From assembly GCA_031381645.1 (NCBI GenBank), contig JANMYB010000044.1, forward strand, positions 8,842 through 72,841: a stretch of 64,000 bases of DNA, written 5' to 3'. The notes beneath the pieces were generated by a model. It was given only the letters and a program-made list of their open reading frames with translations. It did no database searches and was not told the origin of the DNA. The position numbers and the translations under genes were made by a program. The stretch comes from Methylotenera sp. (lineage in GTDB: Bacteria > Pseudomonadota > Gammaproteobacteria > Burkholderiales > Methylophilaceae). This document shows positions 38,121 through 47,329 of the stretch, piece after piece. The stretch's first letter is position 1; each line of letters begins with the position of its first letter.

Positions 38121-38717
38121 ATGGCAAGTTCACAAGAATTATCAGATTTTTTGCGGGATGTAGAGCGACGCGCGTTTAAGCAGACGGTATATGCTGTGCG
38201 CGATGATCACGCCGCATTGGATATTGTGCAAGATGCTATGTTAAAGCTAGCGGAAAAATATGCCGATAAGCCTGTCAGCGAATATCCAATGCTGTTTCAG
38301 CGTATTTTGCAAAATACCATGCGTGATTATTGGCGCAGACAAAAAGTACGCAACCTGTGGACAACTCTGCTTTCTTCCTTTGGTGCGGGTAAGGATGGCG
38401 AAGATGACCATGACCCGCTTGACTCGATTGATGTGGAAGATGAAGGCACGAATCCAGCCATTCAGCTTGAGCGCAGCCAAACTATGAAAATCATTGAAAA
38501 AGCGCTTGAAAGGCTACCCGCGCGTCAACGAGAAGCCTTCGTATTGCGTTATTGGGAGGACATGGATGTTGCAGAAACCGCCGCAATGATGGGTTGCTCT
38601 CAAGGCAGCGTTAAAACGCACTGTTCGCGCGCTGTGCATAGCTTGGCGGCTATATTAGAAAAGCAGGGCTTAGGTAGTAGAGCTATAGCGCAATTAGGAG
38701 TAGAAACATGGGCATAG
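38121..38717 (+). CDS. ECF-type RNA polymerase sigma factor
   Basis: Sigma-70 regions 2 and 4 (DIVQDAMLK; REAFVLRYWEDMDVAETA). Confidence 0.85.
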   Translation: MASSQELSDFLRDVERRAFKQTVYAVRDDHAALDIVQDAMLKLAEKYADKPVSEYPMLFQRILQNTMRDYWRRQKVRNLWTTLLSSFGAGKDGEDDHDPLDSIDVEDEGTNPAIQLERSQTMKIIEKALERLPARQREAFVLRYWEDMDVAETAAMMGCSQGSVKTHCSRAVHSLAAILEKQGLGSRAIAQLGVETWA

Positions 38718-39115
38718 GCAATTTACAAGAAAATCAAATCGACGTACAAAATATAGATTTGCAGGCTAAGCAAATTGCTGGCTTGCTAGACGCGCATGCT
38801 AAACGTTTAAGCATGCGTACGCTCAAGCAGCTTGAAAATGGCCGTGAGCGCGCTGTAAAAGTGCATGCTCAACAAATTTCTGGTGCTAGCGTGAATCGCG
38901 ATGGCACATTAAGCAGTATTTCCTCGTGGGCAGAACATCATCGCATAGCAAGCACTGGTTTGGTATTGGGTGCGACTATTGTTGGTTTTGTGCTGATGCA
39001 ATCCCTTAACAAAGAACCAAGCGACGCGTTTTTATTGAGTGCGGATTTGCCACCGGAAGCATTTGTAGATAGAGGTTTTGAACCTTTTCTCAATGATTCG
39101 CAAGCTAAGTTATAA
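38708..39115 (+). CDS. DUF3619-like membrane protein (candidate anti-sigma partner)
   Basis: Overlaps the sigma gene by 10 nt. Single TM helix. Confidence 0.6.
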   Translation: MGIGNLQENQIDVQNIDLQAKQIAGLLDAHAKRLSMRTLKQLENGRERAVKVHAQQISGASVNRDGTLSSISSWAEHHRIASTGLVLGATIVGFVLMQSLNKEPSDAFLLSADLPPEAFVDRGFEPFLNDSQAKL

Positions 39116-39143
39116 TTAAATACTTTTGAACTTAATATAATCG

Positions 39144-39653
39144 ATGAACAAATTTTTATTATTGTTAGCCTTAGTTACGACTAGCCTATGTGCGGAGGAG
39201 TTTGCCAATTTGGCGCTACACACACAATTAGCAATGGGAGACATTGGTAGCATGAAATCATCGCTTAGCGATGGTGCCAATAGTGAAGTGCCCGCCCAAA
39301 CTTGGCAACAACTCTCTAACGATGAGCGTAAGGTTTTAGCACCATTAGGCACTGAGTGGGATACTCTAAGGTCTTGGCAACGTGAAAAAATGCTGGATAT
39401 TGCTAAAGACTATCCAAAAATGGATGCACAAAAACAACAGCGTGTGCAAAAACGTTTGAATAGCTGGAGTCGCATGACTCCGTATGAGCGCGAAAATGCA
39501 CGTAAACGTTATCAGCACTTTCATTCATTAAGCCCTGAAAAAAGAGACGAAGTGCGTAAAAAATGGGCAGAGCATCAAAAATTACCTGAAGTTGAGCGTG
39601 AAAAATTACGTAAAGAATCAATCGATTGGGATTATGAGCCAGATTTGGAGTAA
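39144..39653 (+). CDS. DUF3106-like periplasmic protein
   Basis: Signal peptide and repeated W..L...ER/EK helical motifs. Confidence 0.6.
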   Translation: MNKFLLLLALVTTSLCAEEFANLALHTQLAMGDIGSMKSSLSDGANSEVPAQTWQQLSNDERKVLAPLGTEWDTLRSWQREKMLDIAKDYPKMDAQKQQRVQKRLNSWSRMTPYERENARKRYQHFHSLSPEKRDEVRKKWAEHQKLPEVEREKLRKESIDWDYEPDLE

Positions 39654-39672
39654 TTTTTGCATAGCAAGTTAA

Positions 39673-39700
39673 AGCCCGCTGTTTTATAGTGGGTTTTTTT
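39673..39700 (+). terminator. Rho-independent terminator
   Basis: GCCCGCT-GTTTTAT-AGTGGGT stem (includes G:U pairs) followed by T7. Confidence 0.5.
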
Positions 39701-39716
39701 ACGCTTAGAAAAATGG

Positions 39717-40130
39717 ATGATGGTTCAAAATGCGACTCGCTTTAAACTTTTTGCAGCTTGCGTTTACGAGCTGCTATTGCTACTAGCGTTATGGATGCTG
39801 TGCACTTGGATTTTTGTGCGCTTATTTGGTGACGCGACAGGCGGCTATAAACGCTCTGTTTTACAGACCTATTTATGGTTGGTCACTGGCATTTATTTTG
39901 TGTGGTGTTGGCACAAAACAGGACAAACTTTAGCTACTAAAACTTGGAAAATTAAGCTTGTAAATCAGCAAAATACAATGTTAGGCACGCAACAAGCTTT
40001 AATTAGATATGCTCTGGCAAGCGCTTCTTTATTGGCTTGTGGGGCAGGTTATTTTTGGGCTTTATTCGATAAAGATGGTTTATTTTTACACGACAGATTA
40101 CTGAAAACGCGCTTTATTCAGATGGTTTAG
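39717..40130 (+). CDS. RDD-family membrane protein
   Basis: Three TM helices and a terminal ..LHDRLLKTR motif typical of RDD proteins. Confidence 0.7.
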   Translation: MMVQNATRFKLFAACVYELLLLLALWMLCTWIFVRLFGDATGGYKRSVLQTYLWLVTGIYFVWCWHKTGQTLATKTWKIKLVNQQNTMLGTQQALIRYALASASLLACGAGYFWALFDKDGLFLHDRLLKTRFIQMV

Positions 40131-41215
40131 CGACGTTCGATTACAAATAACAGGCTCAAGCCAGCGATTAAAAATAGTATAGTTGGTGCAATCGCGCTCA
40201 TCAAGGGTGGCCAATCATTTAATACGCCCAAGTGAGTAAACACTCGATTCATAATTTGGTAAGATACGCCCAGCAAAATACCAATAAAAATTTTAGCGCT
40301 GGTGCCGCCAGAACGTTGTTGCAAAAAGCCAAATGGTAGCGCCAAAATCACCATCACTATGCAGGCCAATGGGTACACCATTTTTGACCAGAGCGCGACT
40401 TCATAGCGCGTAGTTTTTTGTTTGTTGGTTTCTAAGTGGTTGATAAATGAGTATAAATTCCAAGCTGACATTTTCTCTGGGGCGACTAATAATACGTTGA
40501 GCAATTCTGGGCGAATCAGCGATTTCCAATTTGCCTTGTTAAAAAAGTGGGTTTGTATATTGTTATCCTCAATTTTTTTAAAGGTATTAAATTTGGTTTG
40601 TGTAACTTCGCTTAAACTCCAGCGTTCCTCTTTGTAATCGCCTTTTTTGGCGATACTAATGCTACGTAATTTAAAGTTTTCATCAAACTCATAAATATGC
40701 AGATTCAATAAACTCGCGTCTGGCAGCACAGTTTCCACGTTCACAAAACTTTTGCCATCTTTCACCCATAAGCCAGATCTAAAATCTTGAGCGACGACAG
40801 AGTCCGTGGCTTTAATGCGCATACGCTGCGCCATTTTTTCGCTAATTGGCGTAATTAGTTCGCCTACAAAAAACGTGATGACAGTGAATAATAAGCCCAC
40901 TTTTATTAGGCTAAAGCCAATATCAGCTAGAGATAAGCCGCTTACCCGCATTACAATTAGTTCAGAATTGCGTGCAAGCGTGCCTAAGCTATACATCATA
41001 CCTACCAGCACCGCCACGGGCACCACTTCGTAAATGTGTCCTGGAATGCTTAATAGTACAAACACTAGCATTTGGCTGAGACCGTAATTGCCTTGACCAA
41101 GACTATCAAGTTCTTGAATTAAATCAAAAAACGAGAACATGGCAAGCAAACCCAGCATAATCATCAAAATATTGACACTGGTTTCCTGCCAAAAATAACG
41201 GTTAAAAATCTTCAT
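40127..41215 (-). CDS. lptG: LPS export ABC permease LptG
   Basis: YjgP/YjgQ permease family. 4-nt overlap with lptF. Confidence 0.88.
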   Translation of the reverse strand: MKIFNRYFWQETSVNILMIMLGLLAMFSFFDLIQELDSLGQGNYGLSQMLVFVLLSIPGHIYEVVPVAVLVGMMYSLGTLARNSELIVMRVSGLSLADIGFSLIKVGLLFTVITFFVGELITPISEKMAQRMRIKATDSVVAQDFRSGLWVKDGKSFVNVETVLPDASLLNLHIYEFDENFKLRSISIAKKGDYKEERWSLSEVTQTKFNTFKKIEDNNIQTHFFNKANWKSLIRPELLNVLLVAPEKMSAWNLYSFINHLETNKQKTTRYEVALWSKMVYPLACIVMVILALPFGFLQQRSGGTSAKIFIGILLGVSYQIMNRVFTHLGVLNDWPPLMSAIAPTILFLIAGLSLLFVIERR

Positions 41216-42372
41216 CGCGTTTTAAGTTTTTTCCACAAACCAGTGATGTTGACAGAAATTTTTGGCAACAGAGGTAGTAAATGGTTTCGCCTATAAAACA
41301 TATAAAAAGTAAGCGTCAAAAAAAACAAATGTACTGGCCACAGGCCAATTGCGGCGCTAAGTCTACCTTGTGTTACCCAAGCTTGAAATACGCTGAGAAT
41401 ATTGTTGTAGATAATGTAAATGACAATCGCAAAGATTAAGTTGAGTGAGCGCCCAGCACGAGGGTCTACAAAACTTAAAGGAATTGCTAGCAACACCAAT
41501 ACCAGCGCGGAGATAGGAATAGCCAAGCGCCACTGTAGCTCCGCCTGATTGCCAGAATCGGCATTCAGTAACAACTCTTTAGTAGACAGTGCTTGCTTGG
41601 TATAGGGCTCTGGCACAGCCTCTTTGGCCTGCACACGAATCGCATAACGCTCGAATTCGGTGGTCGAAACCTCGGCCGTATTTGGCTTTCCCTCATAGCG
41701 GCGACCTTTTTCTAGTACTAAAAAATTATCGCCATTATTTACTTTTTCCCGACTGCCTTGGCTGGCTACGATGACACCCGTTTTTTGGTGTTGTGTAGAT
41801 TGTACGAATATGTTTTTAACAACATTACCAAGCTCATCAAAACTTTCTACAAAATAGACGCGATCGCCGCCATTCGATTCTTTAAATACGCCTGGACTAA
41901 TGGATGACAGCTCGTCTCGAGCTTTAAGCTGCACTTTGTAATCTTGACCTTTTTGCGTTGCCCACGGCATCACCCATAAACTTAGCAAGGTGATCACCAC
42001 TAGCACGGGCGCGGCAAAATTTAAAATAGGGCGTACCCATTTACTCAGTCCAAGGCCAGAGCTAAACCAAATTACCATTTCAGAATCGCGGTGCCAACGA
42101 GTTAAGGTTAGTAAAACTGCTAGAAAAATACTAAGCGATAAGATCATGGGTAAAAATTTCACCATGTTAAACCCAAGCAAAGTATTAATTGCGTCATTTG
42201 GCAAAATGCCTTTGGCGGCAAGACGCACCAAGTTACCAGCGCGCTGGGCAATGACAATACCGATAAGTATCAAGAACATCGCCCCAGCAGTGTTGATAAG
42301 CTCATGCGATAAAGATTTTTTGAATATTTTCAATTTAAATTTTGTGCAATTTGCGCTTTGATTTCGAGTCAA
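41212..42372 (-). CDS. lptF: LPS export ABC permease LptF
   Basis: YjgP/YjgQ family, divergent from pepA as in many proteobacteria. The true start may be the internal TTG at 42333. Confidence 0.85.
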   Translation of the reverse strand: MTRNQSANCTKFKLKIFKKSLSHELINTAGAMFLILIGIVIAQRAGNLVRLAAKGILPNDAINTLLGFNMVKFLPMILSLSIFLAVLLTLTRWHRDSEMVIWFSSGLGLSKWVRPILNFAAPVLVVITLLSLWVMPWATQKGQDYKVQLKARDELSSISPGVFKESNGGDRVYFVESFDELGNVVKNIFVQSTQHQKTGVIVASQGSREKVNNGDNFLVLEKGRRYEGKPNTAEVSTTEFERYAIRVQAKEAVPEPYTKQALSTKELLLNADSGNQAELQWRLAIPISALVLVLLAIPLSFVDPRAGRSLNLIFAIVIYIIYNNILSVFQAWVTQGRLSAAIGLWPVHLFFLTLTFYMFYRRNHLLPLLPKISVNITGLWKKLKTR

Positions 42373-42430
42373 AACGCTAGATAATTAGTTATTAAAGTAA
42401 TCACCAATTAAAAAAGTTAAAAGGACTAAA

Positions 42431-43924
42431 ATGGAATTTAGCATAATAAACGGAAATCCAGAAAAACTACGCACTGATTGTGTGATTGTAGGTGTATTTG
42501 AGGGCGGAAAATTAAGCGATGCTGCAAAAAATTTGGATGTGGCTTCAAATAAAGCCGTTAGTGTGACGGTAAAAAGCGGCGATATGGATGGAAAACTCAA
42601 TAGCACATTAGTGTTGCATCATGTTGCTGGCGTAGCCGCAACCCGTGTTTTGTTAGTGGGCTTGGGCAAATCAGCCGAGTTTACAGAGAAACAATATTGC
42701 CAAGTTGCGCGCGCAGCCGTTAAAGCGTTGCCTAAAGGCGTTGCTAGCGCGAGTTTTTGCTTGGCAGAAATTGTCATTAAGAAATCGGATATTCATACTA
42801 AAGTAGCGCAATTGGTCGAAGTGGTGATGGACGCGACTTACCAAGTGAACGCGATAAAACTTAAAAAAGCCGAGCCAAAAGCGCTGAAAAAAATAGCGAT
42901 TTGTGTTGAAAAATCTGAGACCACACAAGCTGAAGCTGGCGTAAAACATGGCTTAGCGATTAGTGCTGGCGTGAGTTTAGCCAAAGACTTAGGCAATTTG
43001 CCACCTAACATCTGCACGCCTACTTATTTAGGCGAACAAGCTAAAAAACTCGCTAAAGCTTATGGTTTTAAAGTGGAGGTTTTAGAGAAAAAGGAAATCG
43101 AAAAACTCGGCATGGGTTCATTTTTGGGCGTCGCGCAAGGCAGTGTAGAGCCCCCCCGCTTCATTATTTTGCAACATTTAAAAGGTAAAAAAGGTAGCAA
43201 ACCAACAGTACTTGTGGGCAAAGGCATTACCTTTGATACGGGCGGCATTTCGTTAAAACCAGGTGCTGACATGGATGAAATGAAATATGACATGTGCGGT
43301 GCGGCTAGCGTTTTAGGCACGTTCAAGGCGATTGGCGAAATGAATTTGGCGATTAATGCGGTGGGTTTAATTGCTACCTGCGAGAATATGCCCGACGCTG
43401 GTGCGATTAAGCCTGGTGACATTCTTACCAGCATGTCTGGTCAAACGATAGAAGTATTAAATACCGACGCAGAAGGACGACTGATTTTATGCGATGCGCT
43501 GACCTATGCGGAGCGTTTTGAGCCGAGCGCTGTGGTGGATATCGCCACGCTGACAGGCGCGTGCGTCATCGCACTTGGACATCATCCAAGTGGCTTGTTT
43601 AGTAACAAAGATGCGCTTGCCAAGGAATTGTTAGAAGCTGGCGAAAAGTCACATGATCGCGCTTGGCACATGCCATTGTGGGAAGAATTTCAAAGCCAGC
43701 TCGACAGTAACTTTGCCGATATGGCTAATATTGGCGGGCGTGCTGGCGGCAGTATTACCGCCGCTTGTTTCTTGTCGCGGTATGCAAAAAAATATGATTG
43801 GGCACACTTGGATATTGCTGGTACAGCTTGGAAAAGCGGTAAAGAAAAAGGCGGAACTGGGCGCCCTGTGCCGTTATTGACCACATTTTTAGTGCAACGC
43901 GCCGCCAAAACTCAGCAGGATTAA
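42431..43924 (+). CDS. pepA: Leucyl aminopeptidase
   Basis: NTDAEGRL signature and M17 metal ligands. Confidence 0.95.
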   Translation: MEFSIINGNPEKLRTDCVIVGVFEGGKLSDAAKNLDVASNKAVSVTVKSGDMDGKLNSTLVLHHVAGVAATRVLLVGLGKSAEFTEKQYCQVARAAVKALPKGVASASFCLAEIVIKKSDIHTKVAQLVEVVMDATYQVNAIKLKKAEPKALKKIAICVEKSETTQAEAGVKHGLAISAGVSLAKDLGNLPPNICTPTYLGEQAKKLAKAYGFKVEVLEKKEIEKLGMGSFLGVAQGSVEPPRFIILQHLKGKKGSKPTVLVGKGITFDTGGISLKPGADMDEMKYDMCGAASVLGTFKAIGEMNLAINAVGLIATCENMPDAGAIKPGDILTSMSGQTIEVLNTDAEGRLILCDALTYAERFEPSAVVDIATLTGACVIALGHHPSGLFSNKDALAKELLEAGEKSHDRAWHMPLWEEFQSQLDSNFADMANIGGRAGGSITAACFLSRYAKKYDWAHLDIAGTAWKSGKEKGGTGRPVPLLTTFLVQRAAKTQQD

Positions 43925-43933
43925 TTTCAAGCC

Positions 43934-44365
43934 ATGACACGCATCGAGTTTTATTTTAACGTGGCTGATAAACAGCAAGCCATCGCAAACTTGGTGCAAT
44001 CTGCGTTAATAAAGTGCCGCCAAGTCATGATATTTGCTATGGACGAAAAAATGGCGAGTGATGTGAGTATGAGTTTGTGGCAAAATAAGCCTGAAAGTTT
44101 TTTGCCTAATGTAGAATTAAACCATTTACATGCCTCTGCAACGCCTGTGCTTATTGGCTTGCAGGGCGACGATTTAACGCAAGATGATATGTTGATTAAT
44201 TTAACAATAAAAGAACCTAGTTTTTTTAGCCGATTTACGCAGTTGGTCGAGTTGGTAGGCGATGATGAGCAAGATAAGTTTGCTGCTCGAGCGCGATTTA
44301 AGTTTTATCGCGATAGAGGCTACGAAATTAAGAGTATAGACCATACTCAACATAAGATTGAATAG
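43934..44365 (+). CDS. holC: DNA polymerase III chi subunit
   Basis: MTRIEFYFN start, about 143 aa, classical pepA-holC synteny. Confidence 0.85.
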   Translation: MTRIEFYFNVADKQQAIANLVQSALIKCRQVMIFAMDEKMASDVSMSLWQNKPESFLPNVELNHLHASATPVLIGLQGDDLTQDDMLINLTIKEPSFFSRFTQLVELVGDDEQDKFAARARFKFYRDRGYEIKSIDHTQHKIE

Positions 44366-44373
44366 AGACTATT

Positions 44374-45624
44374 TTGCCAGAAAAAAAAATACCATTACTG
44401 ACTGATGTTTACCAACCCAAAGCCAGCGAATCAAAAGCTAACGAAGTAAAACCTAGTGAACTAAAGCCTAGTGATTGGGTAGACCTAAAACCCAGGCAGG
44501 ATGATGCCACTTTAATTACGCCAGAGCTGATTGCGCGCATTGCCTCACACATCAAGCCTAGGTTAGAAGTGGATATTACGAAATCTGTGACTGAAAGAGT
44601 GCGTGACGCCCTTAAAAATGATTTAATTCAGGCGCTGCAAGATGAGATTGTGACGACGCAAGCGGTTATTGAATCTAGAACGGTAGATTTTGTCGATAAA
44701 ACTAAGGCAGATCTCAAAACTGAATTGCCGCGTATGTATCAGGACAGTGCTGAGCGGGTGTTTGGTAGTCTTTCAGAAAATATAAACGCCTTACAAACAG
44801 AAGCAGTTTCAAAATTTGAGGCGACGCTTTCTGATGCCATGGAAACTGCTCTGCAAGCCGCAAACGCGCAAATCAGTACGCATGTGGAAACACTGCAGGT
44901 CGACACTAGCACGCGAATTGCACATGATCTAAATCAAGAAATGCACGCGTTTCAAACACTAGCTTTAGGCAATCATCAATCGCTTTTGGGTGAAGAGCTG
45001 AATACTGTTTTTCAATCTATCAGTCAAAGCGCAAAAACTGAGTTGCAACAACAGTTAGATGCGATGCAGGCTGAGGCACTTACACAAATGCGAGCGACGT
45101 TTAATGAGGCAATGCCGTCTATTTACACCTCTGCGGTAGCCGAGCAGCAGGAGGAGATTACCACCCAAATTGGCGAGAGTTTAAACCAAGAATTGCAAGC
45201 TTTCCAAGCGCAAGCGTTAAGTGAGAACCAAGCGCAATTGAGTGAGGCGCTGGCAGAAAGCTATCAGACATTAAATCAAACTTTCAAGCAAGAGTTAGCG
45301 CAGCATATGAACTTGCTTCAGGCTGATATTTTATCGCAAATGGGTACCACGTTTAATGACGCTATTCCTAGTATCTATGCGGCTGCAGTTGATGATGTTA
45401 AAGCTAAGTTTGCTGATGAAATGACAGCGCAAAGTCTGCAGTTGCGGGAGGATTTCTTAGCCACTATTAACGCCGATTTGCCTGCGGTGCAAGAGGTGAT
45501 GCGTGAAAATATTCAACAAATTTTAGCGACATCGTTACCAAGTCTAGAGCTCGATTTACGCAATCAATTAACGAGTGAATTGCAAGATTTACTGTTAAAA
45601 GTGAAGTTTGTACTACCTAAATAA
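44374..45624 (+). CDS. Hypothetical protein with three internal helical repeats of roughly 85 aa
   Basis: Repeating unit ..LQ.EA...M..TFN.AMPSIY..A......LNQE..AFQ..AL...Q..L.E.. TTG start. Confidence 0.55.
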   Translation: MPEKKIPLLTDVYQPKASESKANEVKPSELKPSDWVDLKPRQDDATLITPELIARIASHIKPRLEVDITKSVTERVRDALKNDLIQALQDEIVTTQAVIESRTVDFVDKTKADLKTELPRMYQDSAERVFGSLSENINALQTEAVSKFEATLSDAMETALQAANAQISTHVETLQVDTSTRIAHDLNQEMHAFQTLALGNHQSLLGEELNTVFQSISQSAKTELQQQLDAMQAEALTQMRATFNEAMPSIYTSAVAEQQEEITTQIGESLNQELQAFQAQALSENQAQLSEALAESYQTLNQTFKQELAQHMNLLQADILSQMGTTFNDAIPSIYAAAVDDVKAKFADEMTAQSLQLREDFLATINADLPAVQEVMRENIQQILATSLPSLELDLRNQLTSELQDLLLKVKFVLPK

Positions 45625-46026
45625 TCAATCGTCATTAATCAAAGTTTTGTAAGCTTCAGCGCTTAAAAAGTGCCTAGTTTCGTTCGCATCATCTGGCTTA
45701 AATTTAAATATCCATGCCGCATACGGCTTATCGTTGATGCCTTCTGGCGCGCTCAATAAATCTTCATTTATTTCCGTGACAACGGCATTCATCGGCGCAT
45801 GCAAATCAGAACCAGTTTTTACTGATTCAACTATTCCGCAAGGTTTGCCGTTAATAATATGGGAATCAATTTGAGGTGGCTCGATAAAAACAATATCACC
45901 AAGCAAATCTTGTGCATAATCGGTAATGCCTGCAAGCCAATATCCATGCGGCTCTTCGAGCACCCATAAATGTTCGTCAGTATATAATAAATTTTCAGGG
46001 AATTTCATCGCGGGTAGTGGGGTCAA
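45625..46026 (-). CDS. gcvH: Glycine cleavage H-protein family (lipoyl carrier)
   Basis: VESVKTGSDLHAPM lipoyl-Lys motif. No gcvT or gcvP adjacent. Confidence 0.75.
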   Translation of the reverse strand: MTPLPAMKFPENLLYTDEHLWVLEEPHGYWLAGITDYAQDLLGDIVFIEPPQIDSHIINGKPCGIVESVKTGSDLHAPMNAVVTEINEDLLSAPEGINDKPYAAWIFKFKPDDANETRHFLSAEAYKTLINDD

Positions 46027-46202
46027 TTATGTTAGGTATATTTTCTCATAAAGTAAGGTCACTTGGAATGTTATAAGCACTTGTACCAAAATTGTCACAA
46101 AATATGAATCTTAATACTGATTTTATATATGAGCGCTAAGTAATTGACAAATAACTATTATCTATATAAAATTAATTCTAATATTAACGAGGTTTTGCAG
46201 TA

Positions 46203-47270
46203 ATGGTAAAGTTAATTTTTAAAAGAATGATGCTATTTTATATAGCGCTAACTTTGGTTGCTTCGCCAGTTGAGCTTTTGGCTGCGCATAAAAAATCGCA
46301 TAAACGTATTCATGCTAGTCAAAAAAACGCATTAACTAAATATCGTATTTCTAGCCGCTACAAGGGTAAAAGGCAAAAAGTTAGCCTCAGGTTGCGGGCG
46401 GCACGTCAGTTGCAAATTCAAAATCAGCAAAGAATTATGCTAGGTGAAGACTACAATGGCAGTGGTGCTTTGCAGTTAGCTTCAAGTAAAGCATTGATTG
46501 TTAATCAAAATACTGGCGAAGTTATTTACGCCAAAAATACCAATTTGCCAACGCCAATTGCTTCCATCACCAAACTGATGACGGCGATGGTGATGCTGGA
46601 TGCGAAACTATCATTGGATGATGAAATCTACGTCTCCGATGAAGATGTTGACTATCTCAAAGGCACAGGCTCTAGGTTATCGGTGGGCTCTAAGCTTAGC
46701 CGTAGCGATATGTTGCAATTAGCATTGATGGCTTCAGAGAATCGCGCAGCATCGGCGTTGGCGCATAATTACCCAGGCGGCAGAGTCGGATTTGTGAAAG
46801 CGATGAACTACAAAGCGCAAGAATTGGGCTTAAAAAATACGCATTTTGCCGACCCTACTGGACTTGATAGTGGAAATGTCTCTACGGCTGAAGATTTGGC
46901 CAAATTGGTGCAGGCGGCTTATCAGTATGCTGAGATTCGTTTAGCTAGCACTAGCCCATCGCATGATGTGTACGTAGAAGGTCGTGAGTCTCCTGTTGGA
47001 TTTGTGAATACGAATGGTTTAGTGCGCGCTGGTGAATGGCAAATTGGCTTATCTAAAACTGGCTTTATTAATGAGGCAGGACGTTGCTTGGTGATGCAAG
47101 CGATTATTGCTGGTGAGCCAATGATTGTAATATTGCTAGATTCTAACGGCAAATTGTCGCGTATAGGCGATGCAAATCGCATTCGCAAATGGATGGAATA
47201 CAATAGTGAGCCTAGTACTACAACGACTGGCCAATCTCCTAATGAAATTGTAGCTGGCAGAATTTCTTAA
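46203..47270 (+). CDS. pbpG: D-alanyl-D-alanine endopeptidase (PBP7/PbpG-like)
   Basis: SITK (SxxK), SEN and KTG motifs, plus a signal peptide. Confidence 0.85.
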   Translation: MVKLIFKRMMLFYIALTLVASPVELLAAHKKSHKRIHASQKNALTKYRISSRYKGKRQKVSLRLRAARQLQIQNQQRIMLGEDYNGSGALQLASSKALIVNQNTGEVIYAKNTNLPTPIASITKLMTAMVMLDAKLSLDDEIYVSDEDVDYLKGTGSRLSVGSKLSRSDMLQLALMASENRAASALAHNYPGGRVGFVKAMNYKAQELGLKNTHFADPTGLDSGNVSTAEDLAKLVQAAYQYAEIRLASTSPSHDVYVEGRESPVGFVNTNGLVRAGEWQIGLSKTGFINEAGRCLVMQAIIAGEPMIVILLDSNGKLSRIGDANRIRKWMEYNSEPSTTTTGQSPNEIVAGRIS

Positions 47271-47273
47271 GTA

Positions 47274-47320
47274 ATTTAGCAATAAAAAAGCAGCTTATAA
47301 CGGCTTTTTTATTGCTAAAT
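47274..47320. terminator. Bidirectional hairpin terminator between the convergent pbpG and topA genes
   Basis: ATTTAGCAATAAAAAAGC - 11 nt - GCTTTTTTATTGCTAAAT. Perfect 18-bp stem. Confidence 0.6.
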
Positions 47321-47329
47321 CGAATAGAA

